Shown piece after piece: positions 51,613-59,737 of a stretch of 59,737 nucleotides of DNA. The stretch is taken from the NCBI GenBank assembly GCA_036127535.1, contig JAYYRF010000850.1:1-59737 (forward strand), written 5' to 3'. The position numbers and the translations under genes were made by a program. Origin of the DNA: Myxococcota bacterium. Its GTDB lineage: Bacteria; Myxococcota_A; UBA796. How positions within the stretch are numbered: the stretch's first letter is position 1; each line of letters begins with the position of its first letter. The notes beneath the pieces are model-generated. The model worked only from the letters and a program-made list of their open reading frames with translations. It did no database searches and was not told the origin of the DNA.

Positions 51613-53825
51613 TCCGGCTCTTCAGAAAGAGGATCCCACTCCGGTGGTATCAGTACGTTCGACTCGGGCCAATAGGTTTGTAAGAATCCAGAAGCAATAT
51701 TCATCAAGCGCACAACTCCCTCAAAGGAGCCGTGTTCATTTACGAGACGGATGGCGTCGTTCTCTTCAAAACCCAATCGCTTGGCGTCTTGGGGCGAAAT
51801 AAAAACGTCCCCGCGTCCTTTTCCTCCCTGTAATGTATCTCCCTTAGCGAAAATCATGGAATTAAACTGCTTGCCTCTTCGGGTGCTCATTTTGAACGTC
51901 CCAACGGGAAAACGCGTGTTGGGTGACTCTAAAACAGAAAAAACGGCTTTCCCGTCTGGCATATTGGAAAAATCACCGTTTTGACATAGCTGCTCTCCCC
52001 CCCACTGCCAGTGGTCACCCTCCCGTTGTAGAGTATTGATTTTATGATACACCGGCATAACCTTGGCCATCTCGTCGCGAATCGACTGAGAAGAAGGAAA
52101 ACAAAGGGCTTCTTTCAAATCTGGTCGAGCCGATGCGGCGATCAAACCGGGTATCTCCCATTCCGGCTTACATTCGCCCACTTGCGGGTGCCCTGGAATC
52201 TCAGGACTGAAGCGGATTCGCCGTTCCGTTGACGTCGATGTTCCACCACCGCGCTGCTCGTATCGCGTTTGTGCGGGGAGCACCACAAGCAATTCTCCGG
52301 GATCTACAAGGGTAGACGTATTGATGTTGATGTCTTGATGAATCCGCAGGGGGATTTTTTCAAATGCCTCCTTAATCCAAGAGGGTCTCGGCATCGTCAA
52401 TACTAAATTTCCACCGAGGTTGTACAGGAAATCGAGCCGTCCCTCAATCGCAGCTTCCATCATCGGCCCAGTGGAAAAACCTTTATCGTGTGGCACAGGG
52501 TGCCCCCAAAGCTCTTCGAATCGGGCTGCATTTTCCGGGTTGACCTTAAATCCACCGGGGTATTTGCCCGGTGTTACACCACATTCTCCTCCTCCTTGCA
52601 CACCGGAGTGACCTCGAATGGGCAAAATGCCATTTTTGGGCTTTCCGATCGCTCCTTGGGAGAGATGTAGGTTGACAACACCCATGACATTTTGCGTACC
52701 GAATTTGTGCTGTGTCAAGCCCATAGAGTATATGGTTACCATATTTTTCGATCGAGCGATCAGCGTGGCAAGCCACTCTACTTCGTCGATCGACACACCA
52801 CTTTTTTGGAGCAAGTCTCCCATGTCTTGCGCAGAGAGAGAAGATTTTAATTCTTCCCAACCGTTCGTGTGAGCCGCAATATAGGATGAGTCAAAGGCGT
52901 TCCAATCCATCAAAAGCTTCATCACCGCATTCATCAATGCCAAATCGCCACCAACCCGAACCTGAATAAAATCGTCTGAGAGCTTACTTCCAAACACGGC
53001 GGAAGTGGCAATGGAGGGTATCCAGTAGTTATCTAAACCCTTCTCTCGTACTGCGTTTATGGTCACAATGCGCGTGCCCGCTTTCTTCGCGTGGTGAAGG
53101 TATTTGACGGATACCGGCTGATTGTTCGCCAAATTGGTTCCCCAAAGTAAAATTAAGTCTGTTCCAATTAAATCTTTGAGAGATATGGTGGGTGCACCGA
53201 CCCCAATGGTACGAGACAACCCTGCAACCGTCGCTGCATGACACAAACGCGCACAGAAATCAACGTTGTTGGTTCCCATTAGACGAGCGGTCTTGGTAAA
53301 GGCGTAATAGGTTTCGTTGGTGATTCCTTTAGAGGACGCAAAATAGGCTTGTCTATCCGGCGGCACATCTTTCAGTTTCTCACCGATTAATTCTAAGGCT
53401 TTGTCCCAACTCACGCGGGAAAAGCCTCGATCTTTGGGGCGGTACACCATGGGAAACGAAACCCGACCGAGATTGCGCAGTTCTTCGTTACTCATACGGC
53501 GAAGATGCTCTATATCGGCCACATCGGCCTCTGAAAATGCGCCCATCGTGTTATTGCGCAAGAGCTTGAGACGACTCATACACAAGTGCGTTCCCTCGAT
53601 TACATCGTCTTCCAAACCACGAGGGCCTAAGCTACAGCCGTCACATACGCCGTGTTTGAGGATATTCCAAGCGTAAGGGAGGTTGTCTTTGTTCTCCCAA
53701 ACCACACCGGCCATCTCCATAAAATGGCGAGGCTTCGTGAGACCAATACCAAAGGGAGCCAAAGAAGAAATGCCCGCTTCTCCTTTAATGACCGGTCCTT
53801 CGATTTGTGGATTTTTTTTGGACAT
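51579..53825 (-). CDS. FdhF/YdeP-family molybdopterin oxidoreductase
   Basis: 748 aa. The N-terminus GLTKPRHFMEMAGVVWENKDNLPYAWNILKHGVCDGCSLG is characteristic of the YdeP family. MGD-binding-type segments follow throughout, and the C-terminal beta-barrel domain reads GDVFISPQDAKRLG. Confidence 0.9.
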   Translation of the reverse strand: MSKKNPQIEGPVIKGEAGISSLAPFGIGLTKPRHFMEMAGVVWENKDNLPYAWNILKHGVCDGCSLGPRGLEDDVIEGTHLCMSRLKLLRNNTMGAFSEADVADIEHLRRMSNEELRNLGRVSFPMVYRPKDRGFSRVSWDKALELIGEKLKDVPPDRQAYFASSKGITNETYYAFTKTARLMGTNNVDFCARLCHAATVAGLSRTIGVGAPTISLKDLIGTDLILLWGTNLANNQPVSVKYLHHAKKAGTRIVTINAVREKGLDNYWIPSIATSAVFGSKLSDDFIQVRVGGDLALMNAVMKLLMDWNAFDSSYIAAHTNGWEELKSSLSAQDMGDLLQKSGVSIDEVEWLATLIARSKNMVTIYSMGLTQHKFGTQNVMGVVNLHLSQGAIGKPKNGILPIRGHSGVQGGGECGVTPGKYPGGFKVNPENAARFEELWGHPVPHDKGFSTGPMMEAAIEGRLDFLYNLGGNLVLTMPRPSWIKEAFEKIPLRIHQDININTSTLVDPGELLVVLPAQTRYEQRGGGTSTSTERRIRFSPEIPGHPQVGECKPEWEIPGLIAASARPDLKEALCFPSSQSIRDEMAKVMPVYHKINTLQREGDHWQWGGEQLCQNGDFSNMPDGKAVFSVLESPNTRFPVGTFKMSTRRGKQFNSMIFAKGDTLQGGKGRGDVFISPQDAKRLGFEENDAIRLVNEHGSFEGVVRLMNIASGFLQTYWPESNVLIPPEWDPLSEEPDYNCLVRVERV

Positions 53826-53834
53826 TTCTCTCTC

Positions 53835-56261
53835 CTAAAACCAATTGAGCAAATAAATTTCCCCAGATTCGGTGGCAACGCCCGGTGCACCAACCCAAAT
53901 TCCGTCACTCGTCCCCAAAATAGATGCACCGAACTCTGCAGAGGGCTCTTCAATGTGGTACTGTGCGTCAGCAAGCAGAGTTCCAGCGCCAAAATCTCCC
54001 TTCGCAAAATACACAACGCCTCCTTGATCGGCACTGCTGTCACTGTCTGGAGCAGAGAACAAAAGATCTAAGAAGCCATCGCCGTCTAGGTCGTGAAGCA
54101 ACAGTTCCTGTCCGAGACGAGAGTCTTCGTGTTCTCCATAAAAGACGGCCCATGCGTCGCTTAAGCTTCCTTGCTCGGTCGCGGGTCCGGATAGAATATA
54201 CACCGCTCCGGCTGCATTGTCTCTCTCGGGTGCCGAAACCACTATATCGGGGTATCCATCTTGATTTAAATCATCTTTGGCTTGGATCGAGGAGCCCAAC
54301 CGTCCATTGGGCCAGTCCCCTTCCCAATGTCCATCTGATAGGGATAGAAACCCAATGTTTTCAATCTCACCCAACATGACGTGAACCGCACCCGCATAAC
54401 CATTGGAGCTGTTCAAGGGGGCACCGACGACATAATCTTGGAGACCGTCTCCATCTAAATCGGTCATATCCATAGCGTAGCCGGATTGCTCTCCTGGCTC
54501 TGCGCCGATTAGCGTCACGTCCGCGGCCGATGCGTTTTTACTTTCCTCAATCGGCCCGTGGAAAAGATACACCGCACCGCTCGCGCCACCGTTAATATCG
54601 GCCATTGGGGCTGTTACGGCCAAATCTACGGCGGAGTCATCGTTCAGATCTCTTCCGGCGAGAACATTCCAGCCAAAATAATCCCCGGTACTCTGCCCGG
54701 CAACGTGTATGAAACTATCGTCGAGAAGCAAATTTCCCGCTGTTGAAACCGGCGCCCAATATACCGCTCCGGAATCTAAACCGTTGGCGTCAAGCGCATA
54801 GGCTCCAAAGATCCAGTCCGCATCGCCGTTACCGTCTATATCACCACCAAAACCGATTTCTGTACCCAATTTCGAGCCTTGCTCTTCCATGTAAAAAGTG
54901 GCGAGCGGATCATCTTCGACGCTGGAGTATACAAAAACGGCTCCGCCTCCTTGAACGTGAACGTCATAACTGCTCGCGCCCACTGCGATGGAACCATCCG
55001 CAAAGGCAAAAGCGGATCCAAAACGCGTATATTCCGTTTCCCAAATCAATTGGGTGTTCAAGTCACACAAATCACCAATGCCATCGCAATTATCATCTAC
55101 GCCGTCGGCACACAGATCCGGTTGATCGGGATGAACCGTATCCAAATCATCGTCGCAATCATTTCCACCGCCACTGGCTGCGAGATAACCATCTCCATCA
55201 GCATCGAAATCATTGTCTCCCAAGCAGTCTTGGTCGATCCCATCGTACCATTCTTCTGTCGCCAGCGGGTTAACGTCGGGATTGGTGTCATCACAGTCCA
55301 AGTCATTGGCAGCTGCGGGTGAAGAGGGTGCAACACAGCTCACGGATAAGGGAGCCAAAGGATCTCCGTAACCATCTTCGTCGATATCGCTGTACCAAAG
55401 CACGTCCGTTGCAGAATCGTCCGCATCGTCAATTAGACCATCGCAATCGTTGTCAAACCCATCGCCACAAAGTTCGACTGCGGAAGGATTGATCAATACC
55501 AACGCTTCATCGCAGTCCGTACCTTCGTTTACGAATAGACCGATTGGAGTGGTCGGTAACGGAGCCTCGCAGGCCAATGTCGCCGCACCGGATCCGTAGC
55601 CATCGCCATCAATGTCGAGATACCAACTCAGTTGATCTGCGACCGATGTATCGTCGTCATCGGTCAAATCGTCGCAATCATTGTCCAATCCATCGCAGAT
55701 TTCGACCGCTTCTGGATGTATGGATACGCTGCTGTCGTTGCAGTCCGTATCGTTTTCTACATATCCATCGGCTGCGTTGCAACCACGTTGGAAAATGAAG
55801 GGATTTCCGAAGCCGTCCCCATCAAAATCTCGATAAAAAATCGTAGAGTCCAGCGCCGAATCCTCATCAGTAACACCATCGCAATCATTATCAACACCGT
55901 CGCAATACTCGTTGGCACCTGGATATGCAAGGTCGTCACCGTCATTGCAATCATTATCATCAATGATATAGCCGTCGGGTTGAGTACAACTCACCAAAGA
56001 TGATTCGGGGTTACCATATCCATCGCCATCGCTATCTTGGTAAAAGGCGACAGACCCTACTGGTTCACCTTCGTCGACTTCGTCGTTGCAATTGTTGTCG
56101 AGATTGTCGCACAATTCGGGCGCAGCGGGGTAAACGTTTGGGTTGTTGTCATCACAGTCATCTTTGGCTATGAAACCATCTTGGTCGACATCGAGATTAT
56201 CGGCTTGGGTATTTCGTGTACAACTCTCGCAACCGAGAAAAAGGGTGTAAAACCACAGCAT
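53835..56261 (-). CDS. Lipoprotein with six MopE-like Cys/Asp-rich metal-binding motifs and C-terminal FG-GAP/VCBS repeats
   Basis: Lipobox TLFLGC. Repeated D.DGDGYG...DC(D/N)D....(V/I).P.A.E.CDG.DNDCDG units fill the N-terminal half. The C-terminal half carries DIDGNGDADWIFGA, MTDLDGDGLQDYVVGAP, LNQDGYPDIVVSAP and LDGDGFLDLLFSAP (FG-GAP Ca-binding loops). Confidence 0.85.
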   Translation of the reverse strand: MLWFYTLFLGCESCTRNTQADNLDVDQDGFIAKDDCDDNNPNVYPAAPELCDNLDNNCNDEVDEGEPVGSVAFYQDSDGDGYGNPESSLVSCTQPDGYIIDDNDCNDGDDLAYPGANEYCDGVDNDCDGVTDEDSALDSTIFYRDFDGDGFGNPFIFQRGCNAADGYVENDTDCNDSSVSIHPEAVEICDGLDNDCDDLTDDDDTSVADQLSWYLDIDGDGYGSGAATLACEAPLPTTPIGLFVNEGTDCDEALVLINPSAVELCGDGFDNDCDGLIDDADDSATDVLWYSDIDEDGYGDPLAPLSVSCVAPSSPAAANDLDCDDTNPDVNPLATEEWYDGIDQDCLGDNDFDADGDGYLAASGGGNDCDDDLDTVHPDQPDLCADGVDDNCDGIGDLCDLNTQLIWETEYTRFGSAFAFADGSIAVGASSYDVHVQGGGAVFVYSSVEDDPLATFYMEEQGSKLGTEIGFGGDIDGNGDADWIFGAYALDANGLDSGAVYWAPVSTAGNLLLDDSFIHVAGQSTGDYFGWNVLAGRDLNDDSAVDLAVTAPMADINGGASGAVYLFHGPIEESKNASAADVTLIGAEPGEQSGYAMDMTDLDGDGLQDYVVGAPLNSSNGYAGAVHVMLGEIENIGFLSLSDGHWEGDWPNGRLGSSIQAKDDLNQDGYPDIVVSAPERDNAAGAVYILSGPATEQGSLSDAWAVFYGEHEDSRLGQELLLHDLDGDGFLDLLFSAPDSDSSADQGGVVYFAKGDFGAGTLLADAQYHIEEPSAEFGASILGTSDGIWVGAPGVATESGEIYLLNWF
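55060..56190 (-). repeat. Six degenerate coding repeats of the Cys/Asp-rich MopE-like motif
   Basis: Read from the translated product, roughly residues 25-400 of the 808-aa protein. Boundaries are approximate. Confidence 0.7.
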
Positions 56262-56820
56262 ATAAACTTCCTAAATCGATACTTTACTTATAGCATATAG
56301 CGTATCCTCCCAATCGTGACATGTTGTATGGAATGTATCAAATCATTCGCTCTTCCAAAAAATGGTATACCCAACGATTTTTGGAACGTCTCCGTTTCAA
56401 ATTTTTCACAAAACATACAAATTTAGGCTTGAATTCTTCTTTGGTTTTCGTGTATTCTTTGCATACCCCTAAAAACCCGATTTTGATCGCTTCTTGAGCG
56501 ATCCCAAACGTGAATAAAAAAACGCACCGCACCACTATTGCGTTGTCAATAGAGGAAAAACCACTTTTTTTTATTTTGCGATCTTTTTTTTTATCATCGC
56601 ATAATCAGGCCTTTCTTCCGGGCTATTTTTGCTTCTCGTATCGTACTAAACAAAAGTGAGCATGGATCGACCCGCCAAGGCGGCATTACACCGTACAAAG
56701 AGAATGGGTATTGCATGTGAACGAATCGGCGTTAGCTTTATTTTAACGTCCCGAACGTGATAGAATACAATTGCGCGGTTTTCGCAATACACCAAGTGCT
56801 TCTAGACTTTTCACGAAACA

Positions 56821-56828
56821 GGGGGGGG
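56821..56828 (+). promoter_or_regulatory. G8 homopolymer forming the only purine-rich ribosome-binding element, 1 nt upstream of the adhesin ATG
   Basis: The sequence is acaGGGGGGGGtATG. There is no other GGAGG-like element upstream. Confidence 0.5.
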
Positions 56829-56829
56829 T

Positions 56830-59737
56830 ATGAACAATCGTCAGCAACTTCTCTTTTTCAGTCTTTTTCTCTCTGCCTGCAGCAACAATGAAAAGCCGCA
56901 TTGCGATATCACCGATCCGATTAGCAGCAGCGCCTATCTGTTGGGTCAAAATATTCTCTTTCAGGCTCGTTCAAGCGACAACGAACAGAACAATCACAAG
57001 TTAAACGTTGCTTGGGAGTCCGACCTAGACGGTGTATTTAACACAACACCGCCCAATACAGAGGGTGAAATCGGATTCGTCTACAATGGCTTATCTGCGG
57101 GGAATCATACCATTACCCTCAGAGTAGAAGACGATCGCGGTGCTTTATATGCCGACACCGTACTTCTCACCGTGAGAACGGCTCCTCTGATCGACATACT
57201 AAGCCCCGAAAATGGGTCTCTGCATGGTCTAAATTCATCGGTTCCCTTCAAGGTAAACGTTGAGGATCCCGAGGATCTCTCTCAGGAAATCTCTCTCCTT
57301 TGGGAGTCGAGCATCGATGGAGAATTTTCCGACCAAGGTCCCGATGCGAATGGAGACGTAGAGTTTTCATTTCGCGACTTTAGCCCAGGCGTGCACAACA
57401 TCCGCGTCACGGCAACCGACACCACTGGCCTGACCGACTCCGCTTACATCAACATTCGGATCAACACCCCTCCAACCGCTCCTCAGGTTGAAATCTCGCC
57501 ACAAGAACCGTCGACCAATGAGTCCTTGAGCGCCAACGTATTTGGCTCCGTCGATGCGGATGGCGAAGAGATTAACTACCAGTATCAATGGCTCAAGAAC
57601 GGCAATCCTACGAGCTTTGCATCGACTTCGATTCACGCTTCCGCAACCTCGGTGGGCGATGTTTGGACCCTTCGGGCAACCCCCTCCGATGGATACACAG
57701 AAGGACAATACGGTGAAGCCTCGGTAATCGTAACCAATACAAAACCCAACATTAGCAACGTACGAATCACACCGATCAATGCCAATAACGATACCATCGT
57801 AACCTGTAACGCCATCGCGTCCGATGCCGATCAAGAGGTCTCTCCGACCTATCGTTGGCTCATCGACGATCTTTCTTACGCTGGCGCTGTACTAGACCTC
57901 TCAACCACCAGCGCTCGACCGGGGGAGGTCGTGACGTGCGTCGCCAATGTTACCGATGACGAAGGTGCCATCGCGGAATCCAGCGCTTCGATCACACTCC
58001 AAAATCGAGAACCCCTCATTTCAGACATAACCATCTCCCCTTCTGAAATATACACCGGTACACAGGTCAATTGTGCGGCCGCAGCGATGGATCCGGATGA
58101 AGGCCCTCTGTTGCCGACCTACCGCTGGACACTGGGAAACCAAGTTCTTTCGACCAGCAGCAGTTATGCCGTCCAAGCTTCCGAAACCAACGTTGGAGAG
58201 GAACTAACCTGTACGGTCACCGCAACGGACTCTGCTGGCTTGATCGCAAGTAATTCGGCATCGGTAACAATCGAAAACACAATTCCAGCGATCACAGATA
58301 TACAGATCACACCAAACGGTACCGTATATAACGATAGTTCCGTCACCTGCGTAGCCAATGCCGTAGATCCGGACGAGCCGCTTAGCGTCAACTATGAGTG
58401 GAAACAAAACGGTAACCCTCTCAAGACAGGTTCCATGCTCGATCTGTCGGTCTACAGTATTCACCCCACAGACCATATAGAATGTATCGCATCTGTTACC
58501 GATGCAAGCGGTGCCTTTGTCGCTGCCAATGTCTCGACCAACGTAGACAATCGTCCGCCGGTTGTCGATTATGTTGCATTGAGTGATGCGAAGCCAAAAG
58601 CAGACGCGCTGATCGAATGCAGCGCATCTGTATCCGATCCGGACGGGGAAGCCTTGCTCCCCTCCTATGAATGGACGCGAAATGGTGTCGATATTGGCGA
58701 TTCTGCGTCTCTACAACTCGATCCATCCATAGCGACTGTTGGAGCTCCCCTCACCTGTACGGCCTTTGTCACAGACGCTGCGGGAGCGAGTGCAAACGCA
58801 AGCGCCTCTGCCACCATCGATAACACCGAACCAACGATGAGCCCTGTTGCGATTCAGCCGGAATCAAACCTCCACGTCAATAGCGAACTCACCTGCTCCG
58901 CTACTGGGTATGACTTCAACGACGGAGCCCTTACACCGACCTATACTTGGACGAATACGACCAACGGAATCGTCGTTGGAAATGCACAGACACTCCAACT
59001 CGATTCCTCCTTTGTAAGCGCGGGTGATATCATCGAATGCACCATAACCTTTACCGACAACGATGGTGCCTCGGTTCAAGATCGTTTCTCCGTTGAGGTT
59101 CTCAATGGTAGCCCTTCCTTCGACTCCGCTGCGGAAATCACCCCAAACACCATGGTGAAAACGGGCACAACCGTCGTATGCTCGGCCAACGCCACCGACC
59201 CGGAAGAGGGTGCACTCTCTCCAACCTACACATGGTCCTTGGGCTCTCAAATTTTGTCTACAACCAACACTTACACCGTAAGCGCATTGGAGACCAACGT
59301 TGGAGATCAACTGACCTGTACAGCCTCCGTCAACGACGATACGGGGGAAACAGCGACAACGACCGCTCACGTAACCATTGAAAACACCGAACCGATTATC
59401 GACTTTATATCGCTTTCCAGTAGCGAAGTGTACAACGATGATCCGCTGGAATGTATAGCAACCGTAGTAGACCCTGATGAGCTGCAACCGCTTACCATCT
59501 CCTACGAATGGAGCATTGCTTCTGCTCTTATCGGATCTGGGACATCGCTAGATTTGGCTGCTACCACCTCCAACCCTGGCTCTACCGTTGTCTGCACGGC
59601 AACAACAACCGACTCACAGGGTGCAACAACTTCCGGAACCGCCGAAGCGAGCATCACAAACAGGCTGCCAACGGCTCCCAGCGTTTCTATATCTCCAGAA
59701 ACACCCACCGCAGGCCAAGACCCTCTGGTATGTACCG
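56830..59737 (+). CDS. Very large surface lipoprotein/adhesin built of Ig/PKD-like modules (5' part; continues beyond the window)
   Basis: Not in the ORF track because it has no stop in the window. The ATG at 56830 is the first start after an in-frame TAG at 56803. The protein begins MNNRQQLLFFSLFLSACS (lipobox). The frame stays open for 969 codons to the window end. All listed minus-strand ORFs in 57367-59708 are antisense shadows of it. Confidence 0.8.
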   Translation, partial: MNNRQQLLFFSLFLSACSNNEKPHCDITDPISSSAYLLGQNILFQARSSDNEQNNHKLNVAWESDLDGVFNTTPPNTEGEIGFVYNGLSAGNHTITLRVEDDRGALYADTVLLTVRTAPLIDILSPENGSLHGLNSSVPFKVNVEDPEDLSQEISLLWESSIDGEFSDQGPDANGDVEFSFRDFSPGVHNIRVTATDTTGLTDSAYINIRINTPPTAPQVEISPQEPSTNESLSANVFGSVDADGEEINYQYQWLKNGNPTSFASTSIHASATSVGDVWTLRATPSDGYTEGQYGEASVIVTNTKPNISNVRITPINANNDTIVTCNAIASDADQEVSPTYRWLIDDLSYAGAVLDLSTTSARPGEVVTCVANVTDDEGAIAESSASITLQNREPLISDITISPSEIYTGTQVNCAAAAMDPDEGPLLPTYRWTLGNQVLSTSSSYAVQASETNVGEELTCTVTATDSAGLIASNSASVTIENTIPAITDIQITPNGTVYNDSSVTCVANAVDPDEPLSVNYEWKQNGNPLKTGSMLDLSVYSIHPTDHIECIASVTDASGAFVAANVSTNVDNRPPVVDYVALSDAKPKADALIECSASVSDPDGEALLPSYEWTRNGVDIGDSASLQLDPSIATVGAPLTCTAFVTDAAGASANASASATIDNTEPTMSPVAIQPESNLHVNSELTCSATGYDFNDGALTPTYTWTNTTNGIVVGNAQTLQLDSSFVSAGDIIECTITFTDNDGASVQDRFSVEVLNGSPSFDSAAEITPNTMVKTGTTVVCSANATDPEEGALSPTYTWSLGSQILSTTNTYTVSALETNVGDQLTCTASVNDDTGETATTTAHVTIENTEPIIDFISLSSSEVYNDDPLECIATVVDPDELQPLTISYEWSIASALIGSGTSLDLAATTSNPGSTVVCTATTTDSQGATTSGTAEASITNRLPTAPSVSISPETPTAGQDPLVCT
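57463..59737 (+). repeat. At least 8 tandem coding repeats of 267-282 nt (89-94 aa) inside the adhesin gene
   Basis: Unit boundaries (N-T-x-P..I.P) are at 57463, 57736, 58003, 58276, 58549, 58822, 59104, 59383 and 59659. Each unit keeps V.C.A.A.D.D...L.P.Y.W near its start and G..L.C.V.A.D..G near its end. Confidence 0.85.

Noticed and set aside
56338-56535. 65-aa minus-strand ORF in the long intergenic region.
   Set aside because: It has AT-rich, Lys/Phe-biased composition, no ribosome-binding site and no recognisable motif. It is left uncalled and mentioned only as a possibility in the intergenic finding.
57367-59708. Several 60-207-aa minus-strand ORFs in the track (57367-57834, 58864-59487 and others).
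   Set aside because: They lie antisense to a continuous 969-codon plus-strand frame that has a clear lipoprotein signal and a conserved domain periodicity. Their translations are Gly/Arg/Val-rich shadow sequence.

Overview
Compact bacterial chromosomal segment with about 56 protein-coding genes. Many neighbours are separated by fewer than 20 nt or overlap (ATGA/GTGA junctions, and several convergent 3' overlaps). I recognised no rRNA, tRNA, CRISPR array, transposase or integrase. Housekeeping genes are dtd, dapD, a dapC-like aminotransferase, dapF, mltG, nadK, rnhB, an rmlD-like reductase, CoA-transferase A/B, a 7Fe-type ferredoxin, a RumA-type RNA methyltransferase and a YdeP-type molybdoenzyme. 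These are interleaved with accessory-looking content: (i) Three class-B (B12-binding) radical SAM genes. Two sit in a tight string with a 104-aa ORF and a ferredoxin, and the third sits behind a YkgJ Cys-cluster gene. (ii) An MMPL/HpnN-like exporter paired with a beta-barrel-like protein. (iii) A secreted caspase-fold protein whose catalytic Cys is replaced by Asn. It is coupled to an FAD oxidoreductase and divergent from an orphan NorD/CbbO-type vWA gene. (iv) An 11-gene translationally coupled string (29793-39585). Its core is a GlmL/MutL-like actin-fold ATPase, a barrel-sandwich/KOW-like protein, two polytopic and two membrane-anchored proteins, and a membrane-anchored EEP enzyme. (v) A CDGSH [2Fe-2S] motif fused to a TIR-like domain. 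(vi) An alpha/beta-hydrolase gene interrupted by an in-frame TAA. (vii) A eukaryote-like asparaginase-ankyrin fusion. (viii) Large surface proteins: MopE-like Cys/Asp repeats plus FG-GAP; a MYXO-CTERM-like tail; and a lipoprotein of at least 969 aa built of ~91-aa tandem units that runs off the window and is preceded by a G8 tract. The surface-protein repertoire suggests a Myxococcota/Bdellovibrionota-like organism (inference only). The best candidates for an undescribed system are the GlmL-like membrane operon and the CDGSH-TIR gene. All family calls were made by eye from motifs, and no searches were run.
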